Origin: Acidobacteriota bacterium
GTDB taxonomy: Bacteria; Acidobacteriota; Terriglobia; Bryobacterales; Bryobacteraceae
Assembly (NCBI GenBank): GCA_049325215.1
Contig: JBMOMB010000045.1
Location: 8,158 to 72,157 of the forward strand
Length of the DNA stretch: 64,000 bases
Direction of reading: 5' to 3'
The notes under the pieces were generated by a model. That model ran no database searches. It had not been told where the DNA came from and saw nothing but the letters and a program-made list of their open reading frames with translations. This document shows, one piece after another, positions 10,346 to 19,444 of the stretch. A program made the position numbers and the translations under genes. Position 1 is the first letter of the stretch; each line of letters opens with the position of its first letter.

Positions 10346-10962
10346 GGCTTCCCAATGCTAATTGTGGGGGTTCCGATCGCCGGAGGGACGGCCACGGCTG
10401 CCGGGGGCGCATACGTCTGAGTGCCGCCGCCCCTGCCGCCAGCGAGAGCGACACCGGCGGCCGCCCCGGCGCCAACGGCCACCAACAACACCCATTTCTT
10501 CGAGCCGGAGGGAGCGCGATAGGACGAATTAGCACGGTCTTCGCGAGAGAGTTTGGCCGTGGCAGAGACCTCCACTGGAATCCGCGTCTCGGCGCGCAAC
10601 CCGCCGGAAACGGCGGCCACGACGATCTCGAGTTTCCCCGGCTCCGCACCCCAGTGAATGCCGTACACGGATGCCTCGCCCCTGGCTCCGGTCATGGTGG
10701 ACTCAGTCCGCAGGCCGCTGGCGAAACTCCCCGTCGGGCCTTGAGCGGGCAGCCGGAAGTGGACGGTAGCACCGGAGACCGGGCTGCCGCCGGCGTCCTT
10801 GACAACGACTGCAAAGCGCCTGGAGGAGAAAGCCTGCGCCGGCACCACAGCGCCGGCGCCCTCAACGACGGCTATGTGAAGAGATTCCTGGCCGGAAGCG
10901 GCGAGCGCCGCAGCGGCCCATAGGGCGCACAGGGAGCGCCCCGGAAGACACGAAACGCGCAT
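10342..10962 (-). CDS. Membrane-anchored Ig-like (Big_1/invasin-like) domain protein
   Basis: 206-aa ORF with a signal peptide and a single Ig-like module (VVVKDAGGSPVSGATVHFRL...TGARGEASVYG...GKLEIVVAA). This is followed by a TM helix (WVLLVAVGAGAAAGVALAGG) and a Pro-rich tail. Confidence 0.65.
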   Translation of the reverse strand: MRVSCLPGRSLCALWAAAALAASGQESLHIAVVEGAGAVVPAQAFSSRRFAVVVKDAGGSPVSGATVHFRLPAQGPTGSFASGLRTESTMTGARGEASVYGIHWGAEPGKLEIVVAAVSGGLRAETRIPVEVSATAKLSREDRANSSYRAPSGSKKWVLLVAVGAGAAAGVALAGGRGGGTQTYAPPAAVAVPPAIGTPTISIGKP

Positions 10963-10994
10963 GATGGGACACCTGCCTCTCGGGCGGCCGCCGG

Positions 10995-11702
10995 CTAGTG
11001 CTGGATCAGGACGACGGTGATGTTGTCCGGACCGCCCCGAGCCTTGGCCGCTTCAATGAGTAAGTGGGCGCGGTGCTCCAAAGATATCGGATGAAGTAGC
11101 GTCTCGCGGATTTCTTCTTCGGAAACGACGCCATGAAGGCCGTCGCTGGAAAGGAGAACCAGGCTGCCTGGGGGCAGGTCGACGGGAAAAACCTGGACCC
11201 GAACCTCAGGTCCTACGCCAAGGGCCATCGTCAGCACATGGCGCATGGGATGGACGCGGAGATTCTCCTCACTGATGCCCAACGGGCGGCCGACCTCGTT
11301 GACCCAGGATTGGTCCTGAGTGAGCTGTTCCAGGGTCTCGCCCAGCAGCAGCCATGCCCGGCTGTCTCCGACGTTGGCGACGATGCAATCGCTGCCGGTT
11401 TCCAGCAGGCAGACCAGCGTCGTGCCCATGCCTTTGAGGCGCGGATCGGCATTGGCGGCATCGAAAATGCGCTGATTGGCGTGCTCAATGGCGCGAACCA
11501 GCGTCTCGGCATCGCGGATGGAAGTGGACTTGAGGAACGAATGGACGCTCTGCACGGCCATCTGCGAGGCGACTTCGCCGGCTTCGGCGCCGCCCATCCC
11601 GTCGGCGACGATATAAAGCCCGAGTTCAGGATCCACGAGGAACGAATCCTCGTTATTGGTCCTGACGCAGCCGAGATCGCTGAGTCCGAATGAAGAAAGC
11701 AC
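10995..11702 (-). CDS. PP2C-family Ser/Thr protein phosphatase
   Basis: 235-aa ORF with a GTG start. PP2C motifs are present: RTNNEDSF, VADGMGGAEAGEVAS, LLSSDGLHG and GGPDNITVVL. Confidence 0.9.
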   Translation of the reverse strand: MLSSFGLSDLGCVRTNNEDSFLVDPELGLYIVADGMGGAEAGEVASQMAVQSVHSFLKSTSIRDAETLVRAIEHANQRIFDAANADPRLKGMGTTLVCLLETGSDCIVANVGDSRAWLLLGETLEQLTQDQSWVNEVGRPLGISEENLRVHPMRHVLTMALGVGPEVRVQVFPVDLPPGSLVLLSSDGLHGVVSEEEIRETLLHPISLEHRAHLLIEAAKARGGPDNITVVLIQH

Positions 11703-11923
11703 GCTTCCCTGCGATTATAGACGTAAAGTAAGCCGGCCGCCACGCGCAAACCGCGGCGATACGGTGTCCCTCTCAGATTACGGATTCTGCCGGTGAGATT
11801 GGCGCGCCACCGCGGCGCAAGTCAGGCAGCGGAAACGGGAGCCCCCAACGCGGAAGGAACGGGGGACGGCGGGCGGGGAATGGAGGGTGGGGGGTACGCC
11901 GTCCCCCGCGGGGCGAAAGACCT

Positions 11924-12010
11924 TGGTGCGGTCGAGAGGACTTGAACCTCCACGGGATTGCTCCCGCTAGCACCTCAAGCTAGTGCGTCTGCCAATTCCG
12001 CCACGACCGC
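11924..12010 (-). tRNA. tRNA-Leu (anticodon GAG), long variable arm, CCA encoded
   Basis: The reverse complement reads GCGGTCGTGGCGGAATTGGCAGACGCACTAGCTTGAGGTGCTAGCGGGAGCAATCCCGTGGAGGTTCAAGTCCTCTCGACCGCACCA. The anticodon stem is CTAGC/GCTAG with loop TTGAGGT. It is a type II tRNA located 26 nt downstream of secG. Confidence 0.9.
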
Positions 12011-12036
12011 AGAACCACTTTCATTATACGCCAGAG

Positions 12037-12408
12037 TTACTTCCGGGCGGGAGAGGGGGCCGGAGCCGGTGCGGGCGAAGGCTGCTGGCCCGGGATGGCC
12101 GGAGTGGCTGTGGACGACTTGGCAGGAGCGCTCTGGGACGCCGGCGCTTTGTCGAGCACCGATCCTGTGACGTGGCCTTCGCGGGTGTAGAGAATGGCCA
12201 GAGAGAGAGAAGTCAACATGAACAATGCGGCGCTGATCGTCGTGGCCTTGGAGAGGATGGTCGCTGCGCCCCGGGGACCAAAGGCGGTCTGGGAACCCAT
12301 GCCTCCAAAAGCGCCAGCCAGATCAGCCGCCTTGCCGCTTTGCAGCAGCACCACGATGATCAGGAAAAAACAGACGAGCACATGCAGGATCGTAAACAGG
12401 ATGATCAT
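12037..12408 (-). CDS. secG: Preprotein translocase subunit SecG
   Basis: The track ORF 12037..12486 is trimmed to the internal ATG at 12408, which has a GGGAG SD 5 nt upstream. The product reads MIILFTILHVLVCFFLIIVVLLQSGKAADLAGAFGG, the SecG signature, with two TM helices and a Pro/Ala-rich tail. Confidence 0.85.
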   Translation of the reverse strand: MIILFTILHVLVCFFLIIVVLLQSGKAADLAGAFGGMGSQTAFGPRGAATILSKATTISAALFMLTSLSLAILYTREGHVTGSVLDKAPASQSAPAKSSTATPAIPGQQPSPAPAPAPSPARK

Positions 12409-12484
12409 GGGGACTCCCGGGACTCCACACGCCACCGGCAGGCGGTGCGGGCCCAAGCCTCCAGTATACCTTGGCCGCCTCAGC

Positions 12485-12517
12485 AAAAGAAAAAGCCTGC
12501 GGCGCGGAGCCGCAGGC
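12485..12517 (-). terminator. Rho-independent terminator after the TonB-dependent receptor gene
   Basis: Perfect 9-bp stem GCCTGCGGC/GCCGCAGGC with a 5-nt loop (12495..12517). On the minus strand it is followed by TTTTTCTTTT (12494..12485), 26 nt past the stop at 12543. Confidence 0.7.
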
Positions 12518-12542
12518 TCGAAAGGCGGGGTTCTCCCGGCAT

Positions 12543-15500
12543 TCAGAACACGAACCGCGCTCCGATTTGCGCGCGGCGGGCGTTGGTGCCGTCCGGGAAG
12601 CCCTGACTGGCTGAGCCGCCGCCGTATGGCACCGGCGTGATGATGGCGCCGCGCGCCTGGAAGGCTTCGGTAAACACGCTCGTGTTGTACACGTTGTTGA
12701 ACACGTTGAACGCCTCGAACGAGAACATGGCGCGCATGCGTTCGTTCAGGCGGAACTCCTTCGACAGGCGCGCGTCCAGCCGCGCGATGGAGTCGATGGG
12801 CAGAGACGTGCGCGCCCAGAAGGGGACGCGGAAGTCGCCGCCGAAACCGTTCAGCGTGTTGTTGAAAGCCGCGCCGCTGAATGGCAGGCTGACCACGCGC
12901 AGGGTCGGCGTGGCGTAGCGCGCGCTGGCGATGGTGGCGATCATCGACAGGTTCCAGCCGTTGACGAGCGCGTCCGTGGCCCGGCTCGCAGTCTTGATCC
13001 GCGGCGCAGCGATGACGCCGCTCAGCACCAGGCGGTGGCGCTGGTCGAGCTGGCTGGTGCCCTTCTGCTCGGCATAGTTCCCGTTGGACAGGGTGCGCAG
13101 GGAGTCCGTGGCGATGAACAGGTTGTTGTTCGCCGCGCCCTGGTTCAGATCGCGCGCGTGCGACCAGGTATAGGACACGTTGCCCTGCATCCAGCGCCCG
13201 GCGCGGCGGCGGAGCTGAACCACCAGGCCGTCATACCAGAGGCGCCCGCCGTTCTCGAGCTGGTTGATGCGCTGGTAGCGTTTGTCGACGCGGTTGGCGA
13301 AGAGGTACACGGGGGTCGAGTACGTGCCCGCATTCTGGCCGTTGGCGTCCTGGATCGTGTAGGTGACCGTCTGGGCGGTGGGCCCGATGTTGAGGTCGCG
13401 CGTCATGAAAAACTTGACGCCGCGGCTGGCGATGTAGGAGATGGTGATGCCGGTGGTGCGGGTGATCTCCCGCTCAATGCCGAAATCCCACATCTGCGTG
13501 TAAGGCGTGGCGAGGTTGGGATCGGCGAAGCCCATGCTCGAGGTGCCTGCGGGCAGATCCAGGCCCTCGCCGGCAATGAAGTTCGGGAAGACCGGCCCGG
13601 CGGCCAGTTGCGCCGGATTGTTGTTCTGCAGCGTGATGGCCCGCTGTTCCACGCCGTTGCCCTGCAGAAGATTGCCGAGCAGAGCGCCGGGCATGCGCGC
13701 GTAGAAGATGCCGTAGCTCGAGCGGATCACCGTCTTCGCCTGGCGGTCGAGCGCGTAGACGAAGCCCACACGCGGCGCGAAGTTCTTTTTCGGCTGCCGG
13801 ATGCGGCCCGTCTGCGGGTAGTCCGGATTGATGACGTCCGGCTGGAAAAACTGCGCGTACTCATACCGCACGCCGTAATTCAGCGTCAGCCTGCTGCTGA
13901 CTTTGAACTGATCCTGGGCGAAAAAGTTCCAGTCGCGGATGAAAAAGTCGATCTTCGGGCGCCCGAACGTCTGCGCGTAACGCTGCCAGCGCTTGCCGCC
14001 GTCGAGGTTGGTGAGGTCCTGCGCAAACGCGGTGAAGGTTGCGTAGGTGTATGTGCCGCGCCCGTTGTTCAGCAGGTCGACGACGTCTCTGGTGTGCGAG
14101 AAGTCGAAGCCGAATTTGGCATTGTGCCTGCCCTTCAGCCAGGTGAGGTTGTTGGTGAACTGGTAGCGGTCCTCGGTGGGCTGCACGCGCGGCAGGAACG
14201 TCGCAACGCCGAGGTTGGATTGTCCCTGCACGCTGAGCTGGCCCAGCAGCCCGTTGGGCGGCGCAAGCTTCGGGTTGACGGCATCGTAAAGCCTGTCCTT
14301 CATATAGCCGAAGCGGGCTTCGTTGACCAGCGCAGGCGTCAGCAGCCATGTGTGGGACAGGCGGGCAAAGCGGGTGCGGACGCTCGAATCGCCGTTGTTG
14401 CCCACGCCAGCGCCGGTGTTCAGCGTGGCCTGGGTCTGGATGCCATTGGGCGAGAACCAGTTCATCACGTTGCCGCTCAGGACCAGCGAGTGCCGCTCAT
14501 TCGGGCGCCAGTCGAGCTTGCCGAACACGGCGTTCTGGTCGGCGTTGCGCTCCACCTGGCCGAAGAAGCGCTTGAAGTAGTCGATCGCGTTCTGGCACTG
14601 CTGCGGCGTGGCAGGCGCACCGCAGGTGCCAATGAACTGCCCCGTTGCGGTGAACAGTTGCGGGTTGGTCACCGAGCTGGCCAGCGGGAAATAGCGGCGG
14701 GTGATTTCACCGTTGAAGAAGTAGAACAGCTTGTCGCGCTGGATGGGACCACCGATGGAACCACCCGCCTGATTGCGGCGCTCGGGCGGGTTGAAGGTGG
14801 CGTAACGGTCGCGCGCGTTGAAATCCTGGTTCCGGAAAAACCAGAACCCGGTGCCGTGAACGTCATTGGTGCCGCTCTTGGTGACGGTGTTGACGACGCC
14901 GCCGACGGCGCGGCCGAATTCGGCGGCGAAGCCCGAGCTCTGCACCTGGAACTCCTGCACCGCGTCCTGGCTCATGTTTGAACTGATGCGGGTGCGGCCG
15001 GCGTTCTCGTTGTAGTAGCCCTGCGTGGTGTCGTTGCCGTCGGTGAGGAAGGCATTGCCGCCGGGGATGCCCCGGAACGTCACCAGACCGAAGGTTCCGT
15101 CCTCGGTGACACCCGGAGTGAGCAGCACGAAGCTGTCCACACGGCGCCCGTTGATGGGCAGGTTCATGATGTCCCGGTCCTCGACCACCTGCGAGACGCC
15201 TGTCTTGAGCTGGTCGACCACGGGAGTGGAATCGGTGACGGTGATCTCCTGCACCTGCGCCTGCACATTCAGGGTGATGTTCAGCGCCACGTTCTGGCCG
15301 ACCAGCACCTGGATTCCCTTCGCCTCCCATGGCGCGAAACCCTGCCGCGTCACTGTGACCTGGTAGCCTGACGCGGGCGGCAGCGAGGGAGCCGCGAACA
15401 GGCCGGCTTCATTCGTTTCGAGGTTGCGCCGGATGCCGAGCGACGGATTGCTGACCACAACCGCCGCACCGGGAATCACGGCGCCGGTGGCGTCGCGAAC

Positions 15501-15605
15501 GGTTCCGTTGATCGCCCCCAGCCCGGCGAGCGACTGCGCGAACACAGGCGCCGCGGTCCAGAGACAAACCACCGCAAGAATAGAGTAGATTGTCTTTTTC
15601 AACAA
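12543..15605 (-). CDS. TonB-dependent receptor with N-terminal carboxypeptidase-regulatory-like domain
   Basis: 1020-aa ORF with a TTG start and an AGGAG SD. It has a signal peptide, a CarboxypepD_reg-like start (INGTVRDATGAVIPGAAVVV...TNEAGLFAAPSLPPASGYQVTV), plug-region motifs and a C-terminal aromatic residue (ARFVF). Confidence 0.9.
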   Translation of the reverse strand: MLKKTIYSILAVVCLWTAAPVFAQSLAGLGAINGTVRDATGAVIPGAAVVVSNPSLGIRRNLETNEAGLFAAPSLPPASGYQVTVTRQGFAPWEAKGIQVLVGQNVALNITLNVQAQVQEITVTDSTPVVDQLKTGVSQVVEDRDIMNLPINGRRVDSFVLLTPGVTEDGTFGLVTFRGIPGGNAFLTDGNDTTQGYYNENAGRTRISSNMSQDAVQEFQVQSSGFAAEFGRAVGGVVNTVTKSGTNDVHGTGFWFFRNQDFNARDRYATFNPPERRNQAGGSIGGPIQRDKLFYFFNGEITRRYFPLASSVTNPQLFTATGQFIGTCGAPATPQQCQNAIDYFKRFFGQVERNADQNAVFGKLDWRPNERHSLVLSGNVMNWFSPNGIQTQATLNTGAGVGNNGDSSVRTRFARLSHTWLLTPALVNEARFGYMKDRLYDAVNPKLAPPNGLLGQLSVQGQSNLGVATFLPRVQPTEDRYQFTNNLTWLKGRHNAKFGFDFSHTRDVVDLLNNGRGTYTYATFTAFAQDLTNLDGGKRWQRYAQTFGRPKIDFFIRDWNFFAQDQFKVSSRLTLNYGVRYEYAQFFQPDVINPDYPQTGRIRQPKKNFAPRVGFVYALDRQAKTVIRSSYGIFYARMPGALLGNLLQGNGVEQRAITLQNNNPAQLAAGPVFPNFIAGEGLDLPAGTSSMGFADPNLATPYTQMWDFGIEREITRTTGITISYIASRGVKFFMTRDLNIGPTAQTVTYTIQDANGQNAGTYSTPVYLFANRVDKRYQRINQLENGGRLWYDGLVVQLRRRAGRWMQGNVSYTWSHARDLNQGAANNNLFIATDSLRTLSNGNYAEQKGTSQLDQRHRLVLSGVIAAPRIKTASRATDALVNGWNLSMIATIASARYATPTLRVVSLPFSGAAFNNTLNGFGGDFRVPFWARTSLPIDSIARLDARLSKEFRLNERMRAMFSFEAFNVFNNVYNTSVFTEAFQARGAIITPVPYGGGSASQGFPDGTNARRAQIGARFVF

Positions 15606-15685
15606 GCGCAGACTCCTGAAGTGGGGTAAATACCAGTATAAGACACCAGCCCATTTCAGGATCGTGAACTGGCAGGAGCAGAACC

Positions 15686-16462
15686 ATGAAAGAACGGCGC
15701 ACCGCAGTCATCACAGGTTCCACCAAAGGGCTGGGGCGCTCGATGGCGCTCCGGCTGGCGCGCTCCGGCTGGCGTGTCGTGATTCACGGCACGGACGCGG
15801 CGCGCGCGGAGGCGGTCCGCACGGAATGCGGCGAAGACTCCGAAGTCTTTCTCGGAGACATCGCGCTGAAGGACACCAACGAAGCACTGGCGCGGTTCGC
15901 CGTGGAAAAGACCGGCAGGCTGGATGCCTGGATCAGCAATGCGGGGCTGGTGAAGATGGAACCGTTTCTCGACTTCAGCGCCGAAACCTGGCAGCGGCTG
16001 GTGGACATCCATCTGAGCGGCGCATTTTACGGCGGGCAGGCGGCGGCGCGGGAGATGGTGAAGAGTGGGTGGGGACGCATCGTGCATGTCTCGACGATCG
16101 CCGCCGCGTTCGGGCAGTTCGGCTTCGCCGCTTACGCGCCGGTGAAAGCGGGCGTGGAAGCCCTGGCGAGGGTGATGGCCGTGGAGCTGGCGGCGCACGG
16201 GATCACCGTCAATACTGTGGCGCCGGGGCCCGTGTGGAACGAGATGCTGGAGGGGCTGTATGGCGCGGAGCGGCTCCGCGAACGGGAACGCACGATCCCC
16301 CTCCAGCGCATGGCTCTCGCGGAAGAGGTGGCGGCGGCGGTGGAGTGGCTCCTGTCGGACGATGCCGCCTATATTACCGGGCAGATCCTGCGCGTGGACG
16401 GCGGGGCGAGCGCGGCGGGGCCGTTCACTATCGAGGTGTACAGGCGCAGCGCGCGCCGGTAA
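15686..16462 (+). CDS. Short-chain dehydrogenase/reductase (SDR) family oxidoreductase
   Basis: 258-aa ORF with the TGxxxGxG motif (AVITGSTKGLGRS), an NAG motif and the catalytic YxxxK (YAPVKAG). An AGGAG SD lies upstream. Confidence 0.9.
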   Translation: MKERRTAVITGSTKGLGRSMALRLARSGWRVVIHGTDAARAEAVRTECGEDSEVFLGDIALKDTNEALARFAVEKTGRLDAWISNAGLVKMEPFLDFSAETWQRLVDIHLSGAFYGGQAAAREMVKSGWGRIVHVSTIAAAFGQFGFAAYAPVKAGVEALARVMAVELAAHGITVNTVAPGPVWNEMLEGLYGAERLRERERTIPLQRMALAEEVAAAVEWLLSDDAAYITGQILRVDGGASAAGPFTIEVYRRSARR

Positions 16463-16505
16463 TCCACGAATTTTCTGCGCAGTGGCGTCCGGCCCGCCAG
16501 CGCCA

Positions 16506-16511
16506 TATAAT
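16506..16511 (+). promoter_or_regulatory. Candidate -10 hexamer (TATAAT) for korAB
   Basis: A perfect TATAAT lies 30 nt upstream of the korA ATG and ahead of the AGGAGG SD, in a very GC-rich context. No convincing -35 is present. Confidence 0.35.
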
Positions 16512-16541
16512 GAACGAAAACCTGTCAGGAGGCAGGCCAGG

Positions 16542-18404
16542 ATGCAAGCCAGCCACCAGCCTCCGCCCATGCCGGCGGAGCAGCCGCAACGGTTCTCTTC
16601 TCAGGAAAGAATCGTCAACGATTTCAGCATTCAGATCGCCACCGTCAACGGGAGCGGCAGCCAGACGGCGAACCTCGTGCTGATGCGCTCCATCTTCCAG
16701 ATGGGCGTGCCCGTGTCGGGCAAGAACCTGTTCCCCTCCAACATCCAGGGGCTGCCGACGTGGTTCACGATCCGCGCCAGCCGTCACGGCTACATCGCAC
16801 GCAAGAAGGAAATCGATTTTCTGGTCGCGATGAATCCCGAGTCGGCGCGCGAGGACGTCCTGAATCTCCCCGCCGGCGCGGCGGTTCTTTACGACGAGCC
16901 GCTGCAACTGGCTTCCCTGCGCTCCGACCTGCACTTCTACGCGGCGCCCTTTGACAAGCTGGTGGCGCCGGTGTGCCCGGAAGCGAAGCTGCGCAAGCTC
17001 GTCCGCAACATGATCTACGTGGGGGTCCTCGCGGAACTGCTTGGCATCGACCCCGATGAGATCCGAAAGGCGCTCTACAAACAGTTCGGCGAGCGGAAGA
17101 AGAAAGCCGCGGATCTGAACTGGGGCGCGGTGCAGGCGGGCATCGAGTATGCGAGGTCGAGCCTGGTGAAAAGCGATCCATGCGTGGTCGAGCGCATGGA
17201 CCGGAATGCGGGCAAGCTGGTGATCGAAGGCAACACGGCGGCGGCGCTCGGCTGCCTGTTCGCCGGCGTGACCGTGTGCACATGGTATCCGATCACGCCG
17301 TCGTCGAGCCTGGCGGAGGCGCTGATCGCTTTCATGGAGCGGTTCCGGCGCGACCCCGCAACGGGCAAGGCGACTTACGCGATCGTGCAGGCGGAAGACG
17401 AGCTGGCCAGCATCGGCATGGCGGTGGGCGCGGGCTGGGCGGGCGCGCGGGCGATGACCTGCACGTCGGGACCCGGAATTTCGCTGATGTCCGAGTTTGT
17501 GGGGTTGGCCTATTTCGCCGAGATCCCGGTGGTGCTGATCGACGTGCAGCGGGTGGGACCGTCGACGGGGCTCCCCACGCGGACGGCGCAGGGCGACACG
17601 CTGAAGAACGCCGTGCTCTCGCATGGCGACACGCGCCACCCCATCCTGTTCCCTTCCTCTCCGGAAGAGTGCTACTCGATGGCGCTGGAAGCGTTCGATC
17701 TGGCCGAACAGTTTCAGACTCCGGTGTTCGTCAACATGGACCTCGACCTGGGGATGAACTACTGGATGTCGGACCCCCTGCCGTATCCGGGAAAGCCCAT
17801 CAACCGGGGCAAGGTGCTGACGGCGGAAGATCTGGAGCGGCTCGGCGGCTTCGCCCGTTACAGGGATGTAGACGGGGACGGCGTGCCGTACCGCACGCTG
17901 CCGGGTACGCCTCACCCGAAGGCGGCTTACTTCACGCGCGGCACGGGGCACACGGAAACGGCGGCATATAGCGAGAAGCCGGATGACTGGGCTGCGAATC
18001 TCGACCGCCTTGCGCGGAAGTTCCAGACGCTGCGGGCGCATCTTCCGCCGCCGGTGCAGTTCCTGGCGCCGGGGGCGAAAATCGGCATCATTTGCACGGG
18101 AACATCACGTTATCCGATGGAGGAGAGCCGGGACCAGTTGAGCCGCGAAGCGGGAGTGGAGGCTAGCTGGATGCGCCTGGCGGCGTATCCGTTCCCGCCC
18201 GAGCTGGAAGCCTTCATTGAACAGCACGAGCGAGTGTACGTGATCGACCAGAACCGCGACGCGCAACTGCTGGGGCTGATGCGGCTGGACCTGCCGGCGC
18301 GGCTGCTCGAGAAATTGCGCAGTGTGCGCTATTACGGGGGCCTGCCGCTGGACGCCCGCACGGTCACTGAACAGATTCTCGCGCAGGAGGCGCAACAGGC
18401 ATGA
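16542..18404 (+). CDS. korA: 2-oxoacid:ferredoxin (acceptor) oxidoreductase, alpha subunit (gamma/alpha-fused type)
   Basis: The track ORF 16260..18404 is trimmed to the ATG at 16542, which has an AGGAGG SD 9 nt upstream. The extension would overlap the SDR gene. The N-terminal segment IQIATVNGSGSQTANLVLMRSIF and the later GCLFAGVTVCTWYPITPSS are typical of KorA/OorA-like subunits. Confidence 0.9.
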   Translation: MQASHQPPPMPAEQPQRFSSQERIVNDFSIQIATVNGSGSQTANLVLMRSIFQMGVPVSGKNLFPSNIQGLPTWFTIRASRHGYIARKKEIDFLVAMNPESAREDVLNLPAGAAVLYDEPLQLASLRSDLHFYAAPFDKLVAPVCPEAKLRKLVRNMIYVGVLAELLGIDPDEIRKALYKQFGERKKKAADLNWGAVQAGIEYARSSLVKSDPCVVERMDRNAGKLVIEGNTAAALGCLFAGVTVCTWYPITPSSSLAEALIAFMERFRRDPATGKATYAIVQAEDELASIGMAVGAGWAGARAMTCTSGPGISLMSEFVGLAYFAEIPVVLIDVQRVGPSTGLPTRTAQGDTLKNAVLSHGDTRHPILFPSSPEECYSMALEAFDLAEQFQTPVFVNMDLDLGMNYWMSDPLPYPGKPINRGKVLTAEDLERLGGFARYRDVDGDGVPYRTLPGTPHPKAAYFTRGTGHTETAAYSEKPDDWAANLDRLARKFQTLRAHLPPPVQFLAPGAKIGIICTGTSRYPMEESRDQLSREAGVEASWMRLAAYPFPPELEAFIEQHERVYVIDQNRDAQLLGLMRLDLPARLLEKLRSVRYYGGLPLDARTVTEQILAQEAQQA

Positions 18405-19441
18405 GTTCCACATCTGCCCCACCGCCCAAAGTGAACCGCATCGGATTGGACCTGCTGCCGTACAGGGGCAGCAAGACCACGCTGTGCGCGGGCTGCGGGC
18501 ATAACGCGATTACCGAACGCCTGATCGAAGCCTACTGGGAGCTGGGCATAGAGCCGTGGACGGTGGCCAAGCTCTCCGGCATCGGCTGCTCGTCCAAGAC
18601 GCCCGCCTACTTCCTGCAACAGGCGCACGGCTTCAACGGAGTGCACGGGCGCGCCCCCACGACGGCGACCGGCACGCTGCTGGCCAATCAGACGCTGCGG
18701 GCGGTGGTGGTCAGCGGCGACGGCGACACGGCGTCGATCGGCATCGGCCACTTCGTGCACATGTTGCGGCGCAACGTGCCGCTGGTCTACATCATCGAGA
18801 ACAACGGCGTATACGGGCTCACCAAGGGGCAGTTCTCGGCCACGGCGGATCTGGGCGCCAAACTGAAGACAGGCGCGGTGAACCTGCTGCAGGCGATCGA
18901 CCTGTGCCTGCTGGGCATCGAGATGGGCGCTACGTTCGTGGCGCGGTCCTTCTCGGGCGACAAGCGGCAGCTCTCGGCGATCCTGAAAGCCGCCATCGCG
19001 CACAAGGGGCTGGCGGTGATCGACGTCATCAGCCCCTGCGTCACCTTCAACGACCACGAAGGATCCACCAAGTCCTACGCCTACATGAAAGACCACGACG
19101 AGCCGCTCCATGGAGTGGACTTCATTCCGTCTTTTGCGGAAGTGGACGTCGAGTACGAGGAAGGAGAATCGCGGCTGGTGGAGCTGCATGACGGCTCGAA
19201 GCTCCTGCTGCACAAGCTGGAGCAGGATTACGACCCGTCGAACCGCATCCATGCGCTGGAAGTGCTGCATGAAGCGGCGCGGCGCGGCGAGGTGCTCACC
19301 GGCATCATTTATCTCGACACGTCCCGCCCGTCGTTCACCGAGCTTCTGAACCTGTGCGGCGAGCCTCTGGCGCTGCTCGGCGAGGAGCGTGTGCGTCCTT
19401 CGCGCGAGATACTTGAACAGATCAACGAGGAGTTCCGCTGA
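18401..19441 (+). CDS. korB: 2-oxoacid:ferredoxin oxidoreductase, beta (TPP-binding) subunit
   Basis: 346-aa ORF overlapping korA by 4 nt. It carries the Cys motif CAGCGHN and the TPP-binding GDGD..IG..H......N......NN.VYGLTKGQ. Confidence 0.9.
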   Translation: MSSTSAPPPKVNRIGLDLLPYRGSKTTLCAGCGHNAITERLIEAYWELGIEPWTVAKLSGIGCSSKTPAYFLQQAHGFNGVHGRAPTTATGTLLANQTLRAVVVSGDGDTASIGIGHFVHMLRRNVPLVYIIENNGVYGLTKGQFSATADLGAKLKTGAVNLLQAIDLCLLGIEMGATFVARSFSGDKRQLSAILKAAIAHKGLAVIDVISPCVTFNDHEGSTKSYAYMKDHDEPLHGVDFIPSFAEVDVEYEEGESRLVELHDGSKLLLHKLEQDYDPSNRIHALEVLHEAARRGEVLTGIIYLDTSRPSFTELLNLCGEPLALLGEERVRPSREILEQINEEFR

Positions 19442-19444
19442 ATC

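Noticed and set aside
11714-11719. Perfect TATAAT (minus strand) upstream of the PP2C gene
   Set aside because: It lies only 11 nt before the GTG start and overlaps the SD-like AGGGAAG spacing. It could drive only a leaderless transcript, and no -35 is present, so I did not call it a promoter.
11703-12010. tRNA-Leu 3' flank considered as a genomic-island integration site
   Set aside because: There is no integrase, no direct repeat of the tRNA 3' end, and no compositional break that I could see downstream.
13035-14981. 648-aa ORF antisense to the TonB-dependent receptor
   Set aside because: The receptor frame has a signal peptide, a CarboxypepD_reg start and a C-terminal Phe. The antisense frame is featureless.
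16260-16541. N-terminal extensions of track ORFs (korA from 16260; also trxA from 29598, AKR from 58411, cupin-CMD from 59394, TPR from 48352, SecB-like from 37790, kinase from 42762)
   Set aside because: The extensions overlap the preceding gene, are Arg/Gly-rich junk, and internal starts with proper SDs give canonical family N-termini.
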